A stretch of 64,000 nt of DNA from Basidiobolus meristosporus CBS 931.73 (GCA_002104905.1 MCFE01000269.1:1-64000); one strand, 5' to 3'. Shown: positions 24,219 through 37,802, counted from the stretch's first letter. Made by a program: numbers and translations. The notes: generated by a model not told the origin, from the letters alone.

Positions 24219-27200
24219 TGTTGTAAGAGTCTTGGAGATATTGGAAGTGATTGGGAGAACAAGTAGATTATGTGGTTTTCACTTAATGATTTATTGATTG
24301 TAAAAGTAGTATTTATACTTTTACCTGGTCTTGGCATAACAAACACATAGAATAGGTTAAGGAAGGTCCCAAGAACATGTGTGCAAAGTTTGGGGCTGTT
24401 TGGACAACTTTGAGAATTTTCATGTTCTGGGTACCTGGTATTTTGGTGAAAATATTCTAAGTAAATCCCGACAAGGAATTTGGTCAGTATTTTCTAGGAT
24501 ATGAAGGTGATGATCTAAGTGACTAAGTTAGGTGAATATTTAGGTGGAAATACAAATTTTTACAACACTCCCACTCAGCTAAATGTTCATACTGACTAGT
24601 CCTAATTTTGACCTAAGATATTCAAACTTGTCTCTTGCTAATGGTTTGGTAAATATGTCTGCAATCATTTCATCTGTAGGACAGTAAACTAAGCTAACTA
24701 GGTTATTCTCTATAGCTTCACGTATGAAATGATGTCTAATATCTATGTGCTTGGTTCTTGCATGAAAAGTTGGATTTCTACCTAATTGTATACATCCTTG
24801 ATTATCTTGAAATAAAGTAATAGGCATTTTTTGACATAGGCCTAAATCTGTAAAGAGCTTTCTTAACCACATTGCTTCTTTTGTAGCTTCACAGGCTGCC
24901 ATATACTCTGCCTCTGTGGTAGAAAGTGCTACGGTTGGTTGCTTTCTTGAATTCCATGAAATTGCTCCTTTACAGTAAAGAAAGGTGTATCCTGTAGTGG
25001 ATCTTCTGTCTTCCAAATTTCGTCCCCAATCTGCATCAGAGTATCCCACAAGATCTTGTTCTGAGTCCTTATAAGTGTATCTTAAGCAAATATCAGCAGT
25101 TCCTCTTAGGTATCTAAAAATCCGCTTAACTGCTGCAATATGATCAGATCCATAGTTCTGATTATGTTGGCTGACAACTCCCACTGAATATGAGATATCT
25201 GGACGTGTTCCAAGCATGATATAAATCAGACTGCCAACCATAGATTGATAGGGAAAGTCAGGGCTTTCAGATGGCACCAAGCTCTCTTGATTTGGTTGAG
25301 TTTTGACCAAGTTAAGGTTTGTCTCCATTGGGGTAGCTGCCGGTTTACAGTCTTCCATTTTGTACTTCTTTAGTATATCTTGAATATACTTGGATTGGCT
25401 TAGGGTAATAGTCTGGGTACTTCTGTCTATGGAGAACTTAATCCCTAAGTAGTAACTAAGTTCTCCTAGATTGGACATCTTGAACTCCTTAGATAGGCTG
25501 GATTTAGTCTCTTCCAATGTTTCTAGGTTATTGGCGGCTATAATAAGATCATCCACATATAGAGCTAATAGAACTGGATTTGCTCTATCTGGCTTATAGT
25601 ATATACTATAGTCAGCATTACTCCTTTTGAAACTCAAAGATTCCAAATAAGAATCTATCTTGCAATTCCAGGCACTTGGTGATTGTTTGAGACCATATAG
25701 TGACTTTTTAAGCTTGCAGACCAAATGGGGGTTATTTTGGTCAACAAACCCATCAGGCTGGTCCATATACACGTCCTCATCAAGTTCTCCATTCAAAAAT
25801 GCAGTTTTTACATCCATTTGATGAATAAAAAACTTATATTTGGCTGCAATAGCCAATATTAATCTGATGGAATTAAATTTGGCTACCAGTGCAAAGGTCT
25901 CAGTATAGTCAAGTCCTTTTGTTTGAGAGTATCCTTTGGCTACTAGTCTTGCTTTGTATCTTTCAATTGTACCATCAGCTTTGTATTTTGCCTTGAAGAC
26001 CCATCTGCATCTAATTGATTTTCGGTTGATTGGTAATTTGACTAAGTCCCAAGTTTGATTTTCCATCAGGGCCTGATATTCCTCAGTCATTGCAGATCTT
26101 CAATACTTTGTCTGAGGGCTATTTAGGGCCTCTTTTACAGTCTGGGGTTCATCAATAGGGACTGAATAGGCATAGGCTAAGTTTGTACCCTCATTGATAT
26201 TGTAATTTGAGCTATTTCTTGTCCGATTTGATCTCCAGGCATTTGATACTGGAATGATCACTTCTGGGATATTCCTGGGCACTGATTCTGGCTAAACCAT
26301 GGTTGTAGAGTCCTCTGGAGTGAAAAAATTTTCATTGTTTTGCTCTGATTCAATCCTGACAATTGGTGGACTTGAGATCAGATTTTTGTCATCATCTGAT
26401 GTCATTTTTTGTGAAAATTTTGAATTTTCATCAAACAACACATCCCTGGACTTGATCAGCTTCTTTACTTTGGTTTGTAGAGTCTGTATGCCTTACTCCC
26501 ATTGCAGTAGCCCAAAAATATGCATTTTACACTTTTTGGCTCAAATTTTGACTGATTTCCGGCCAGTTTTTTGGCATATGCTGTACACCCAAATATTCTT
26601 AGATGTTCTGCACTTGGTCTGTATCCATACCATGCTTCAAATGGAGTAGAATCACAAAGTATTCTGTTATAACTCCTATTTTTAAGATATACCGCAGTGG
26701 CAACTAATTCCGCCAAAAAATCATAGGATAATTTTTGATCATGGATCATAGATCTTGCCATATCAGTTATTGATCTGTTAGCTTGTTCTGCTACTCCAGT
26801 TTGCTGTGGGGAGTATGGTACAGTAGTCTCTTGCTTTATCCCATGAATATTACAGAAGTGGATGAAGAGTTTTGAGGTATATTCTCCACCATTGCCAAAG
26901 TGTATTTTCTTGATTTTTTCACCAGTTTCTCTCTCCACCATGGCTTTAAACTCCCTGAACTTAGACAGAGCTTCTTCCTTTCTCTCCATGAAGTAGACCC
27001 ATGTGTATCTTGTACAATCATCAATAAAAGTGATTAAATACTTCATCCTGCCTAAGGATAAATTTTGCATAGGTCCACACAGATCTGAGTGAATTAGATC
27101 TAATTTTTTCTTAGTTTTGATTAACCCAGAGCTCTTGAACAGTTGTCTGGCTTGTTTCCCATATATGCAGGCTTCACAGTGCTCCAAATTAGCTGGAAGA

Positions 27201-27815
27201 TCAATTTTCACTCCAGAAATTAGCTGATCTTTGATTATTTTGCGCAAATGATCAAAATTGATGTGTCCAAATCTCCTGTGCCAAAGCATTGGTGTTTCTT
27301 CATTTAAGTTACTTATATTGGCTTCCAAATATGATGGAATATAAGTCAACTTGTATAGATTCTGAACTCTGATGCCCAAAGCAATATGGGCACCATTTTG
27401 ATCAGTGATCCTGCATCCAGAATTGTCAAAACTGCAACTGAGTCCTTCTGCTGTGGCCTTGCTTACAGAGAGTAGGTTCTTGGCTATTTCTGGTACATAG
27501 AGTACATCTTTAAAAGTCAGTGTATGGCTTCCTTTACTGCTTCTAAGGTTTACTTGGATAGTTCCTTCTCCCACTGCATCAAGTGTTCTATCGTCATCCA
27601 TGAAAACCTTCTTAATTGGAATTTCTTGATATTGGGTAAAAAGTTCTTTTTGGTGTGTAAAGTGTTGAGAAGCTCCAGTGTCAATATACCACGTCTGAGA
27701 ATCCTTGTTTGTGGTCATATTTAGTGAAGATATGAATAGTCTATCTTCAGTTGTTGCAGCATTTCCATATTCAGGCTTCTTTTGCTGATAATCTCTCTTT
27801 TTCTTATGCATCTTG
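24219..27815 (-). mobile_element. Copia family B element 1 (3' LTR 24219-24567, RT-RH, INT, PR; 5' end replaced by element 2)
   Basis: LTR TGTTG...CAACA; PPT (ctcccactc on +, 24568-24576); ORF 24579-26090 with LYVDDLI and YSDADW; ORF 26465-27811 with WYIDTGASQH, HRRFGH, IHSDLCGP. A frameshift near 26470 and stops at 26292-26294 and 26100-26102. Confidence 0.93.
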
Positions 27816-30800
27816 GTTATTTGCAGCTATAATAAGATCATCCATATATTGGGCTAATGGGGCTGGACTTGCTCTTTCTGGCTGATGGCAGAAACCTTAG
27901 TCAGGAGTACTCCTATGGAAACTCAAAGATTTCAATTAGGACCCTATCTTGCAGTTCCAGGCCCCTTGTGATTGTTGGAGACCACATAAAACTTTTAAGC
28001 TTGCAGACCAAGTGGGGGTTATCCTGGTCCACAAACCCTTCAGGCTATTCCATGTGCAAGTCCTTTTCAAGTTCCCTGCTCAAAAATGCAGCTTTATATC
28101 CATGTGATGAACAAAAACCCACATTTAGCTGTAATAGCTATTATTAATTTGATGGAAATCAATTTGGCTACCAGTGCAAAGGTCTCTGTACACTGAAGTC
28201 CATTTATTGGAGAGTATCCCTTGCTCACAGTCTTGCTTTATATCTTTCAAGTGTAACATCAGCCTTATATTGTGTCTTGAAGATGCATCTGCTTCTAATT
28301 GATTTTTGGTTGATTGCAATTTGACCAAGTCCCAAATTTGATTTACCATCAAGGCCTATTACTCCTCAGTCATTGCAGATCTCCAAAACCTTGTCTGAGT
28401 GCCATACTGGGTCTCCTTTATGGTCTGGGGCTCATCAATATGGACTGAGCAGGTGTATGCTAGGTTTGCAGCCTTGTAGATATAGTAATTTGGCTATTTC
28501 TGGTCCAGTTGGATCTACTGGTGTGTGGTATTGGAATGATCACCTCTGGAATATTCCCGGTCACTAGTTCAGGCTGAGACATGATTGCAGAGTCCTCTGG
28601 TGTGAAAAAACTTTCATTGATTCCCACTTATGCAATCCTGACTTTTAGTGGACTTGAGATCAAATTTTTGTCAATATCTGAAGACATTTTTTGTGAAGAG
28701 TTTGAATTTTCAAAAAGCAAACATCCCTGGACTCAATCTGCTACTTTGCTTTAGTATTGTAGGGTATGTATGCTTTACTCTGACTGTAGAAGTCCAATAA
28801 TATGAGCTTTACATTTTTTGGCTCAAACTTTGACTGATTTCCAGGCCATGTCATTGTATATGCTCTACACCCAAATATTCTTATATGTTTTACACTTGGT
28901 CTGCATCTGTACTATACCTCAAATGGAGCCAAATCACCAGGTATTTTGTTATAGCTCCTATTTTGAAGGTACATAGCTGTGGCAAATGATTCTGCCCAAA
29001 AATCACAGGAAAGCTTTGATCATGGATCATAGACCTTGCCATATCAAATATCAATCTGTGTGCATGTGCTGTCACACAATGTTGCTGCAGGAAGTATGGT
29101 GCAGCAGTCACTTGCTTCATCCCATTAATCTTTCAGTAGTGAATGAAGAGTTTTGAGGTATATGCTCCATCAATGCCAGAGCATAATTTCTTGATTTTAT
29201 TACCAGTGTCTCTTTCCTCCATGAAATAAAGCTCCTCAAACTTAGACAGAGCATCCTTCTTTCTTTTCATGAAAAAGATCCATGTGTATCATGTACAATC
29301 ATCAGTTAGATTGATTAAATTTCTCATCCTGCCTAAGGATATATATTTTATAGGTCCACACATATATGAGTAAATCATATCTAACTCTTTCTTAGTTGAG
29401 ATTAGCCCAGAGCTCTTGAGTGATTGTCTGGCTTTTTCCCATATCAGCAGGCTTCACAGTGCTCCAAATTAGCTGGGTGATCAATTTTACTCTGGAAATT
29501 AGCTGATCTTTGATCATTTTGTGGAAATAATCAAAATTGATGTGTTTATATCCTCTGTGCCAAAGCATTGGTGCTTTTCACCTAAATTGCTTATATTGGC
29601 TTTCAGATAGGATAGGACATATGTCAACTTGGATAGATTGTGATCTCTCATACCCAAAGCAATATGGGCACCATTTAGATCAGTGATCTTGCACCCAGAA
29701 TTGTCAATGCTGAAACTGAGTCCTTCTGCTGTGGCTTTGCTTACAGATAGCAGGTTCTTGGCTACTTTTGATACATAGAGTACTTCTATGAGGGTAAGTG
29801 TATGGCTTCCATCACTGCTTCTAAGCTTTACTTGGATGGTTCCTTCTCCAACTGCATTAAGTGTTCCATTGTCACCTATAAGAACTCTGTTGACTATAAT
29901 TTCTTGATATTGGGTAAAAATTATTCTTTAGTGCATAAAGAGATGAGATGCTCCAGTGACAATACATTTTGGCTGAGAATCCCTGTTTGTGGTCATACAT
30001 AGTGCAGATATGGATAGTGTATCTTTGGTTATTGCAGCATTCTCTTATTCAGGCTTTTCTGCTTATTATCTCTCTTTTTGATGCACTGGTCTGATTTATG
30101 CTCTTTCCTTTTGCAGTAGTTGCAAAATAGATTGCTGTTGTCTTTAAAGGATCATGAGTACCTCCTTTGCTGGTGATCATTGCTTATTAAAGCATTTTCT
30201 TCTTTTTTCTGGTGGCACTTAATTTTCTCAATTCCTCATCCAGGAGCCATCCAAATACATAATATAAGGCCCAATCTTCATTTATGGGCTCTAGGGCTGA
30301 TACAAGGCCTTGAAACCAGTCTGGCAGGCCATTCAAGATGGTAACTACTACAGCCTCATTAGTAGTTTCATCTACCAGCAGGGTAATTCTGTTGATTATG
30401 TATTTCATTTCTTCTCCTGGCAGCATCTTTGTTGTAAGGAGTTTTTGTCAAAGATACATTTTTCTTGGCAGCTGAACATGACTGGTATCTGTCTTCTGAT
30501 GCCTTCTAAGCATTCTTTGACTTTTTTGCACTTGAAAATTGAATCAGCAATTTGTCTTTGACATTACAGCATATGCAGTTAAAGGCTCTTTGTTCTTTCT
30601 TCTGGTACTTTGAGGCTTCTTCTCACATATCTTTAGGAGGGTATTCTTCTCCCATGAGAGTATCTCAAAGCCTTCTTTCTTTTAGCTGCATCTTCATCTT
30701 CACATTTCACACTTGGTAATTAGATCCAAGCAACTTTTCAGCAGAGGGAAAAAATTAAGTAATAGCAGTAGTTGATTTTGAAGAGAGTGACAGCTTTGGG

Positions 30801-31153
30801 CTTGTAACCTGTTGTAAGGGCTTTGAAGATTTTGCAATTGATTGGGAGACTAAGTATATTATGTGGTTTTCACTTTATAACTTATTGAATGTCAAGGTAC
30901 TTTAATACTTTTACATAGTTGTAGCATCAAAGACACATATAATAGGCTCATGAATGTCCCAAGATCATATGTGCAAATCTTGGGGCTGTTTGGGCAACTT
31001 TGAGAATTTGATGTTCTAGGCACCTGATATTTGATCAAACTATTCCAAGCAAATCCCACAAAGGTATTTGGTCTGTGTTCTCTAAGAGTTGTGGGTAATG
31101 ATTCAAGTGACTACCTTAGGTGAATATTTAGGTGGAATTACAGAACTTTACAA
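27815..31153 (-). mobile_element. Copia family B element 2 (5' LTR 30810-31153, gag-PR-INT-partial RT), degenerate
   Basis: PBS variant at 30798-30809 (ggttacaagccc on -); gag ORF 30187-30426; fragments colinear with elements 1 and 3. RT ends at YMDDLIIAANN, where it joins element 1. Confidence 0.88.
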
Positions 31154-31373
31154 TGTTGAATGGATGCTGAACCCAGCAGATACTTCTGTCAATATGACCA
31201 CTGGGTTAGGAATTGTAGCTCAATAGCTTTCCATTTACAGGCTTGTGGCTTTATTCCCCTCCACATTAGCAAAGTGACTGAGCCATAGCATTCCTAGCAA
31301 GCTTTTGCAAGAGGTTATTACACTTGTGAACACCCTACACACAAAATATTTGAGAAGTGTTGGATGTATCTCT
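31154..31373. repeat. Probable fragment of a third LTR-like sequence
   Basis: Begins TGTTG directly at the end of LTR 30810-31153. It may continue at 36719-36737 (ending CAACA) once the nested insertions are removed. Confidence 0.35.
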
Positions 31374-31720
31374 TGTTTTGAAAATTTGCTATTGCACCTA
31401 ATATTCACTTAACTTAGGCACTAAGATCTCTACCTGCAAGTCTTAGGGAACTCCAACCAAATTCATTTTTGGGACTTACTTGGAATATTTCAATTAAACA
31501 TCAGGTTTCCAAAACATGAGATCTCTTAAGGCTTTCCAAACAGCCCCAAGCTTTGCTCATGTTTTCTTTGAGTCATCCTGGAAACATTTTATCTGTCTGT
31601 TCTGCCAAGACCAAGTAAAAGTATAAATATTACTTATATATTTAGTAAATTATGTAATAAAAGCCACAAAATCTACTTGTTCTCCCAATCAATTGCAAAA
31701 TCTCAAAAACTCTGACAATA
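31374..31720 (+). repeat. Copia-B solo LTR, sense orientation
   Basis: Reverse-complement homolog of 24219-24567 (tgttttgaaaatttg...cacctaatattcac...aagtataaatatt...tacttgttctcccaatca...ctctgacaata). Confidence 0.88.
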
Positions 31721-31723
31721 TTT

Positions 31724-34700
31724 TACTGTAAGAGTCTTGGAGATATTAGAAGTAATTTGGGAAGACAAGCAGCTAATGTGGTTTTCACTTGATGATTTAT
31801 TGAATGTAAGGAATATTTATACTTTTACATGGTCCTGGCCTTACAAACATATAGAATAGGTCAAGGAAGGTCCCAATAGCAAGGGTGCAAAGCTTGGGGC
31901 TGTTTGGACAACCTTGAGAATTTTCAAGTTTTGGGTACCTGATATTTTGGTGAAAATATTTTAAGTAGATCCCAACAAGGAATTTGGTCAGTATTCCCTG
32001 GGATTTGATGGTATTGATCTAAGTGACTAAGTTAGGTGAATAATTAGGTGGAATTGCAAATTTTTACACACTCCCTCTCAGCTAAATGCTCATACTGACT
32101 AGTCCTAATTTTGACCTAAGATATTCAACCTTGTCTCTAGCTAATGGTTTGGTAAATATGTCTGCAATCATTTCATCTGAAGGACAGTAAACTGGGCTAA
32201 CTAAGTTATTCTCTATAGCCTCATGTACAAGATGATGTCTAATATCTATGTGCTTAGTTCTAGCATGAAAAGTTGATTTCTACCTAATTGTATAAAACCT
32301 TGATTATCTTGAAATAAAGTAATAGCATTTTTTGACTTTGGCCTAAGTCTGTAAAATGCTTTCTTAACCGCATTGCTTCATTTGTAGCTTCACAGGCTAC
32401 CATATACTCTGCCTCTGCAATGGAAAGTGCTACAGTTGGTTGCTTTCTTGAATTCCATGAAATTGCTCATTTACAGTAAAGAAAGGTGTGTCCTGTGGTG
32501 GATCTTCTGTCTTCCAAATTTTGCCCCCAATCAGCATCAGAGTATTGACCAGGATCCTGATCTGCATCCTTATAAGTGTATCTTAAGCAGATTTTGGCAG
32601 TTCCTTTTAGGTATCTAAAAATCTGCTTAACTGCTGCAATATGATCAGAATCATAGTTCTGATTATGCTGGCTGACAACTCCCACTGAATATGAGATATC
32701 TGGATATGTTCCAAGCATGATATATATCAGTCTGCCAACCATGGATTGATAAGGATAGTCAGGGCTCTCCAATGGCACTAAGCTCTCTTGATTTGGTTGA
32801 GTTTTGACTAAGTCAAAGTTTGTCTCCATTGGGGTAGCTGCCAGTTTACAGTCTTCCATTTGGTACTTCTTTAGTATATCATGAATATACTTGGATTGGC
32901 TTAGGGTGATAATCTGGGTACTTTTGTCTATGGAGAAGTTTATCCCTAAGTAGTAACGGAGTTCTCCTATATTGGACATCTTGAACACTTTAGATTGGCT
33001 GGATTTAGTCTCTTCCAGTCTTGCTAGGTTATTGGCAAATATAATAAGATCATCCACACATAGAGCTAACAGAGCTGGATTTGCTCTATCTGGCTAATAG
33101 TATATACTATAGTCAGCATTACTACTTTTGAGACTCAAAGATTCCAAATAAGAATCTATCTTGCAATTCCAGGCTCTTGGTGATTGTTTGAGACCATATA
33201 GAGATTTTTTAAGCTTGCAGACCAAATTGGGGTTCATCTTGGTCAGCAAACCTATCAGGCTGGTCTATATACATGTCCCCATCCAGTTCACCATTCAGAA
33301 ATGCAGCTTTTACATCCATTTGATGAATAAAAAACTTATATTTGGCTGCAACAGCCAATATCAATCTGATGAAAGTAAACTTGGCTTTGGGTGCAAAGGT
33401 CTTAGTATTGTCAGGTCCTTTTGTTTGAGAGTATCTTTTGGCCACAAGTCATGCTTTGTTTCTTTCAGTTGTACCATCAGCCTTATACTTTGTTCTGAAG
33501 TGCCATCTGCATCCAATAGATTTTTGGTTGGTTGGTAATTTGACCGAGTCCCTAGTTTGATTTTCCATCAGAGCCTGATATTCATCAGTCATTCCAGATG
33601 GCCAAAACTTTGTCTGATGGCTATTTGGTGCCTCTCTTACAGTCTGGGGCTCAGCAATATGGACTGAATAGGCATAGGCCACATTTGTACCCTGATTGAT
33701 ATGCTAACTTGGGCCATTTTGTGTCTGATTGGATCTCCAGGAATTTGATACTGAAATGATCACTTCAGGGATATCTCTGGGCACTGACTCAGGCTGCATC
33801 ATGGTTGTGGAGACCCTTGGAGTGAAAAATATTTCATTGTTTTGCTCTGTTTCAATTCTGACAATTGATGGACTTGAGATCAGATTTTTGTCATCATCTG
33901 ATGTCATTATTTGTAAAAATCTTGAATTTTCATCAAACAACACATGCCTGGACTTGATTAGCTTCTTTGATTTGGTATTGTAGAGTCTGTATGCCTTACT
34001 CTCATTGCAGTAGCCAAAAAATATGCATTTTAAACTTTTTGGCTCAAATTTTGACTGATTTCTGGGCAGTTTCTTGGGATATGCTTTACATCCAAATATT
34101 CTCAGATGTTCTGCACTTGGTCTGTATCCTTACCATGCCTCAAATGGACTAGAATTTCAAAGTATTTTGTTATAGCACATATTTTTAAGGTATACAGCTG
34201 TGGCAACTGATCCCACCCAAAAATTATAGGATAATTTTTGAGCATGGATCATAGATCTTGCCATATCAATTATTAATCTGTTTGCATGTTCTGCTATTCC
34301 ATTTTGTGGTGTGGAAAGTATGGTACAGTAGTCTCTTGCTTTATCCCATGAATTTTGCAGAAGTGGATGAAGAGTTTTGAGGTATATTCTCACCATTTCA
34401 GAGAGTATTTTCTTAATTTCTTCACCAGTTTCTCTCTCCACCATGGCTTTAAACTCCCTGAATTTGGACAGAGCTTCTTCTTTTCTCTCCGTGAAGTAGA
34501 CCCACATGTATCTTGTATAATCATCAATCTAAGTGATTAAATACATCATCCTGCTTAAGGATATATTTTCATAGGTCCCCACAAATCTGAGTGAATTCAA
34601 TCTAAATTTTTCTTAGTTTTGTTGAACCTAGAGCTCTTGAATGGTTGTCTGGTTTGTTTCCCATATATACAGGCTTTGCATTGCTCCAAGCTAGCTGGGG

Positions 34701-36711
34701 GATCAATTTTTACTCCAGAAATTAGATGATCTTTGATCATTTTGTGCAAATAATCAAAATTGATGTGCCCAAATCTCCTATGCCAAAGCATTGGTGTTTC
34801 TTCATTTAAGTTACTTATATTGGCTTCCAGATATGATGGAATATAAGTCAGCTTGTATTGATTCTGATCTCTGATACCTAAAGCAACATGGGTACCATTT
34901 TGATCAGTGATCCTGCATCCAAAATTGTCAAAGCTGAAACAGAGTCCTTCTGCTATGTCCAGCTTACAGATAGATGGTTCTTGGCTATCTCTGGTACATA
35001 GAGTACCTCTTTTAAGGTTAGTGTATGGCTTTCTTCACTGCTTCTTAGGTTTACTTGGATAGTTCCTTCTCCCACTGCATCAAGTGTTCTATTGTCACCC
35101 ATGAAAACCTTCTTGATTAGAATTTCTTGATATTGGGTAAAAAGTTGTTTTTGGTGTGTAAATTCTAATCTTGGATATCTGAAACAATATGGGCACCATT
35201 TTGATTACTGATCCTGCATCCAGAATTGTCAAAGCTGAATTGAGTTCTTCTGCTGTGGCCTTGCCTACAGATAGTAGGTTCTTGGCTATTTCTGGTACAT
35301 AGAGTACATCTTTAAAAGTCAGTGTATGGCTTCCTTCACTGCTTCTAAGGTTTACTTGGATAGTTCCTTCTCATACAGCATCAAGTGTTCAATTGTCACC
35401 CATCAAAACCTTCTTGATTAGAATTTCTTGATATTGGGTAAAAAGTTGTTTTTGGTGTGTAGAGTGCTGAGATGCTCCAGAGTCAATGTACCATATCAGA
35501 GAATCCAGGTTTGTGGTCATGTTTAGTGCAGATATGAATAGTCTATCTTTAGTTGATGCAGCATTTCCATTTTCAAGCTTTTTTTGCTGATTATCTCTCT
35601 TTTTGAAACACCGGTCTGATGTGTGTCCTTTCCTTTTGTGGTAGTTGCAAAACAGGTTGCTGTTGCCTCTGTAAGGTCTTGGGTACCTCTTTTGTTGGTT
35701 AGCATTGCTTATTAAAGCAATTTCTTCTTCCTTCTTATTGGCACTAGATTTTCTTAATTCTTCATCCAGGAGCCTTCCATATACCTAATTTAAGGTGAAA
35801 TCTTCAGTTCTGGACTCTAGGTCTGATACAAGGCCCAGAAACCTGTCTGTCAGGCTATGCAGGATGGTTACTATCACATCCTCATCAGTAGTTGGTACAC
35901 CCACATATTCCATCTCATCCACCAGCAGGGTAATTCTTTCAATTGGATTTCTCATTTCATCTCCTGGCAGCATCTTTGTAGTAAAGAATTTTTGTCTAAG
36001 ATAAATGTTCATAGCAGCTGAACATGACTGGTAGGTGTCTTCTAATGCTTTCCAGGCATTCTTTGCTGTTTTTGCTCTTGGGTGTTGAATTAGCAATTTG
36101 TCTTTAACATTGAGGCAAATGTGGTTAAAGGCACTTTGTTGTTTCTTCTGGTACTTTTAGGCTTCCTCTCCCACATTTTTAGGAGGGCATTCTTCTCCCA
36201 TGACAATATCCAAAAGGCCTCTTTCTTGTGGCAGCCTCTTCATCTTCATCTTCACCTTCTACACTTGGTAGTTAGATCCATCCAACTTTCCAGCAGATGG
36301 AAAAATTCCAGTAATAGCAGTAGTAGACATTGCAGAGAGTGACAGCTTGGGGCTCATAACCTGTTGAGTGAGTCTTGGAGTTATTGGAAGTGATTTGGGA
36401 GGACAAGTAGATTATGTGCTTTTCACTTATTGATATATTGAATGTAAGAGTAGTGTTTATACACTTACGTGATCTTGGCATTACAAACATGTAGAATAGG
36501 CTAAGAAAGGTCCCAAGAACATGTATGTAAAGATTGGGGCTGTTTGGACAACTTTGAGAATTGTCATGATCTGGGTACCTGATATTTTGGTGAATATATT
36601 CCAAGTAAATCCTAACAAGGAGTTTGGTCAGTAATCTCTAGGATTTGAAGGTAGTGATCCAAGTGACTAAGTTAGGTGAGTATTTAGGTGGAATTACAAG
36701 TTTTTACAACA
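31724..36711 (-). mobile_element. Copia family B element 3, two-LTR but degenerate
   Basis: 3' LTR ~31724-32070, PPT 32071-32079, RT/RH, INT, PR, gag (ORF 35785-36096), perfect PBS GGTTATGAGCCC (36350-36361, minus) and 5' LTR 36362-36711. The LTRs are visibly diverged from each other. Confidence 0.92.
34861..35460 (-). repeat. ~300-bp tandem duplication of the protease region inside Copia-B element 3
   Basis: 34861-35161 and 35162-35460 are colinear. The last ~55 bp (aaaccttcttgattagaatttcttgatattgggtaaaaagttgtttttggtgtgta) are identical, and the rest shows many substitutions. Confidence 0.9.
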
Positions 36712-36789
36712 CATTTCTTGCTTAGACTTATACAACACCACATATTTAGTACCGAATATGTGCAGTTCATGCATGCTCTGTAAGACCTA

Positions 36790-37445
36790 ACAAGCCTCAC
36801 AGTGATTCTCAATTGCCTACTTGACTGAGAGTCTAAGGAGTCTGCATTATCACCTTGAGTGGGCACACTGTCAACATGGCCTTTTCTGGATGTAGCCCCA
36901 TTTGTTGTACTGAATGTCAAAGCAAGCTGCTGTGCAACCATTCTTCTGCTGCTGACTGTGGAAGAATTGGCTGGGAACCTGTCAACTTTGCTTTACTTGT
37001 AGGCAGCATATATACAAAAATGAATCAAACCAAAGGGGATATAATATCACATTTAAGTTTTATGTGGTGCCACAACTTTGTTTCTAATGCTTACTACATG
37101 AGTCATGATTAATCTGAGATTCATGTAGTTGCAATGGCTCATTGACAATATTGTCTTAAACTTAAATGAATAGTGACAAAAAAGTGATGTACTAGTGTTA
37201 CATTATTGAATATCATGCTGTTTGCCATATGAAGAAGTCTACTTAGAATAAATGCCATGATAGAAGAGAGAAAATTCCATGTGGCTACTGTGCCATATTT
37301 ACCATCCATGATGCATGCAGATAGCATAGAGAGTACTACAAAGATCTTGGCCAGTATTTTGCCACACAAGTCATGTTGGAGCTTTTGTCACTCACTACAG
37401 AACCTACAATATGTTGCCAGCTGCTTAATACTTCCATGATGACAC
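36790..37445 (-). mobile_element. ORF-X 5' end and spacer of the CACTA/ORF-X composite, copy 3
   Basis: The reverse complement is colinear with ~20915-21555 (gacttgtgtggcaaaa, aaagttgtggcaccacata, cccctttggtttga, cagcagcttgcttt, ctctcagtcaagtaggcaa). Confidence 0.88.
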
Positions 37446-37450
37446 CTAGC

Positions 37451-37797
37451 TGTTGTAAGAGTCTTGGAGATATTGGAAGTGATTGGGAGAACAAGTAGAT
37501 CATGTGGTTTTCACTCAATGATCTATTGAATATAAAGTAGTATTTATACTTTTACATGATCTTGGTATAGCAAACACATAGAATAGGCTTGGGTAGGTGC
37601 CAAGAACATGTGTGCAAAGTTTTGGGCTGTCTGGACAACTTTGAGAGTTCTCATGTTCTGGGTACCAGAAATTTTAGTGAAAGTATTTCATGTAAATCTG
37701 GACAAGGAATTTGGTCAGTATTCTCTAAGATATATAGGTAGCAATCTAAGTGACTAAGTTAGGTGAATATTTAGGTGGAGTTACAAATCTTACAACA
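37451..37797 (-). repeat. Copia-B solo LTR with perfect TSD CTAGC
   Basis: TGTTG...CAACA, 347 bp; flanks 37446-37450 and 37798-37802 are both ctagc. Confidence 0.95.
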
Positions 37798-37802
37798 CTA
37801 GC

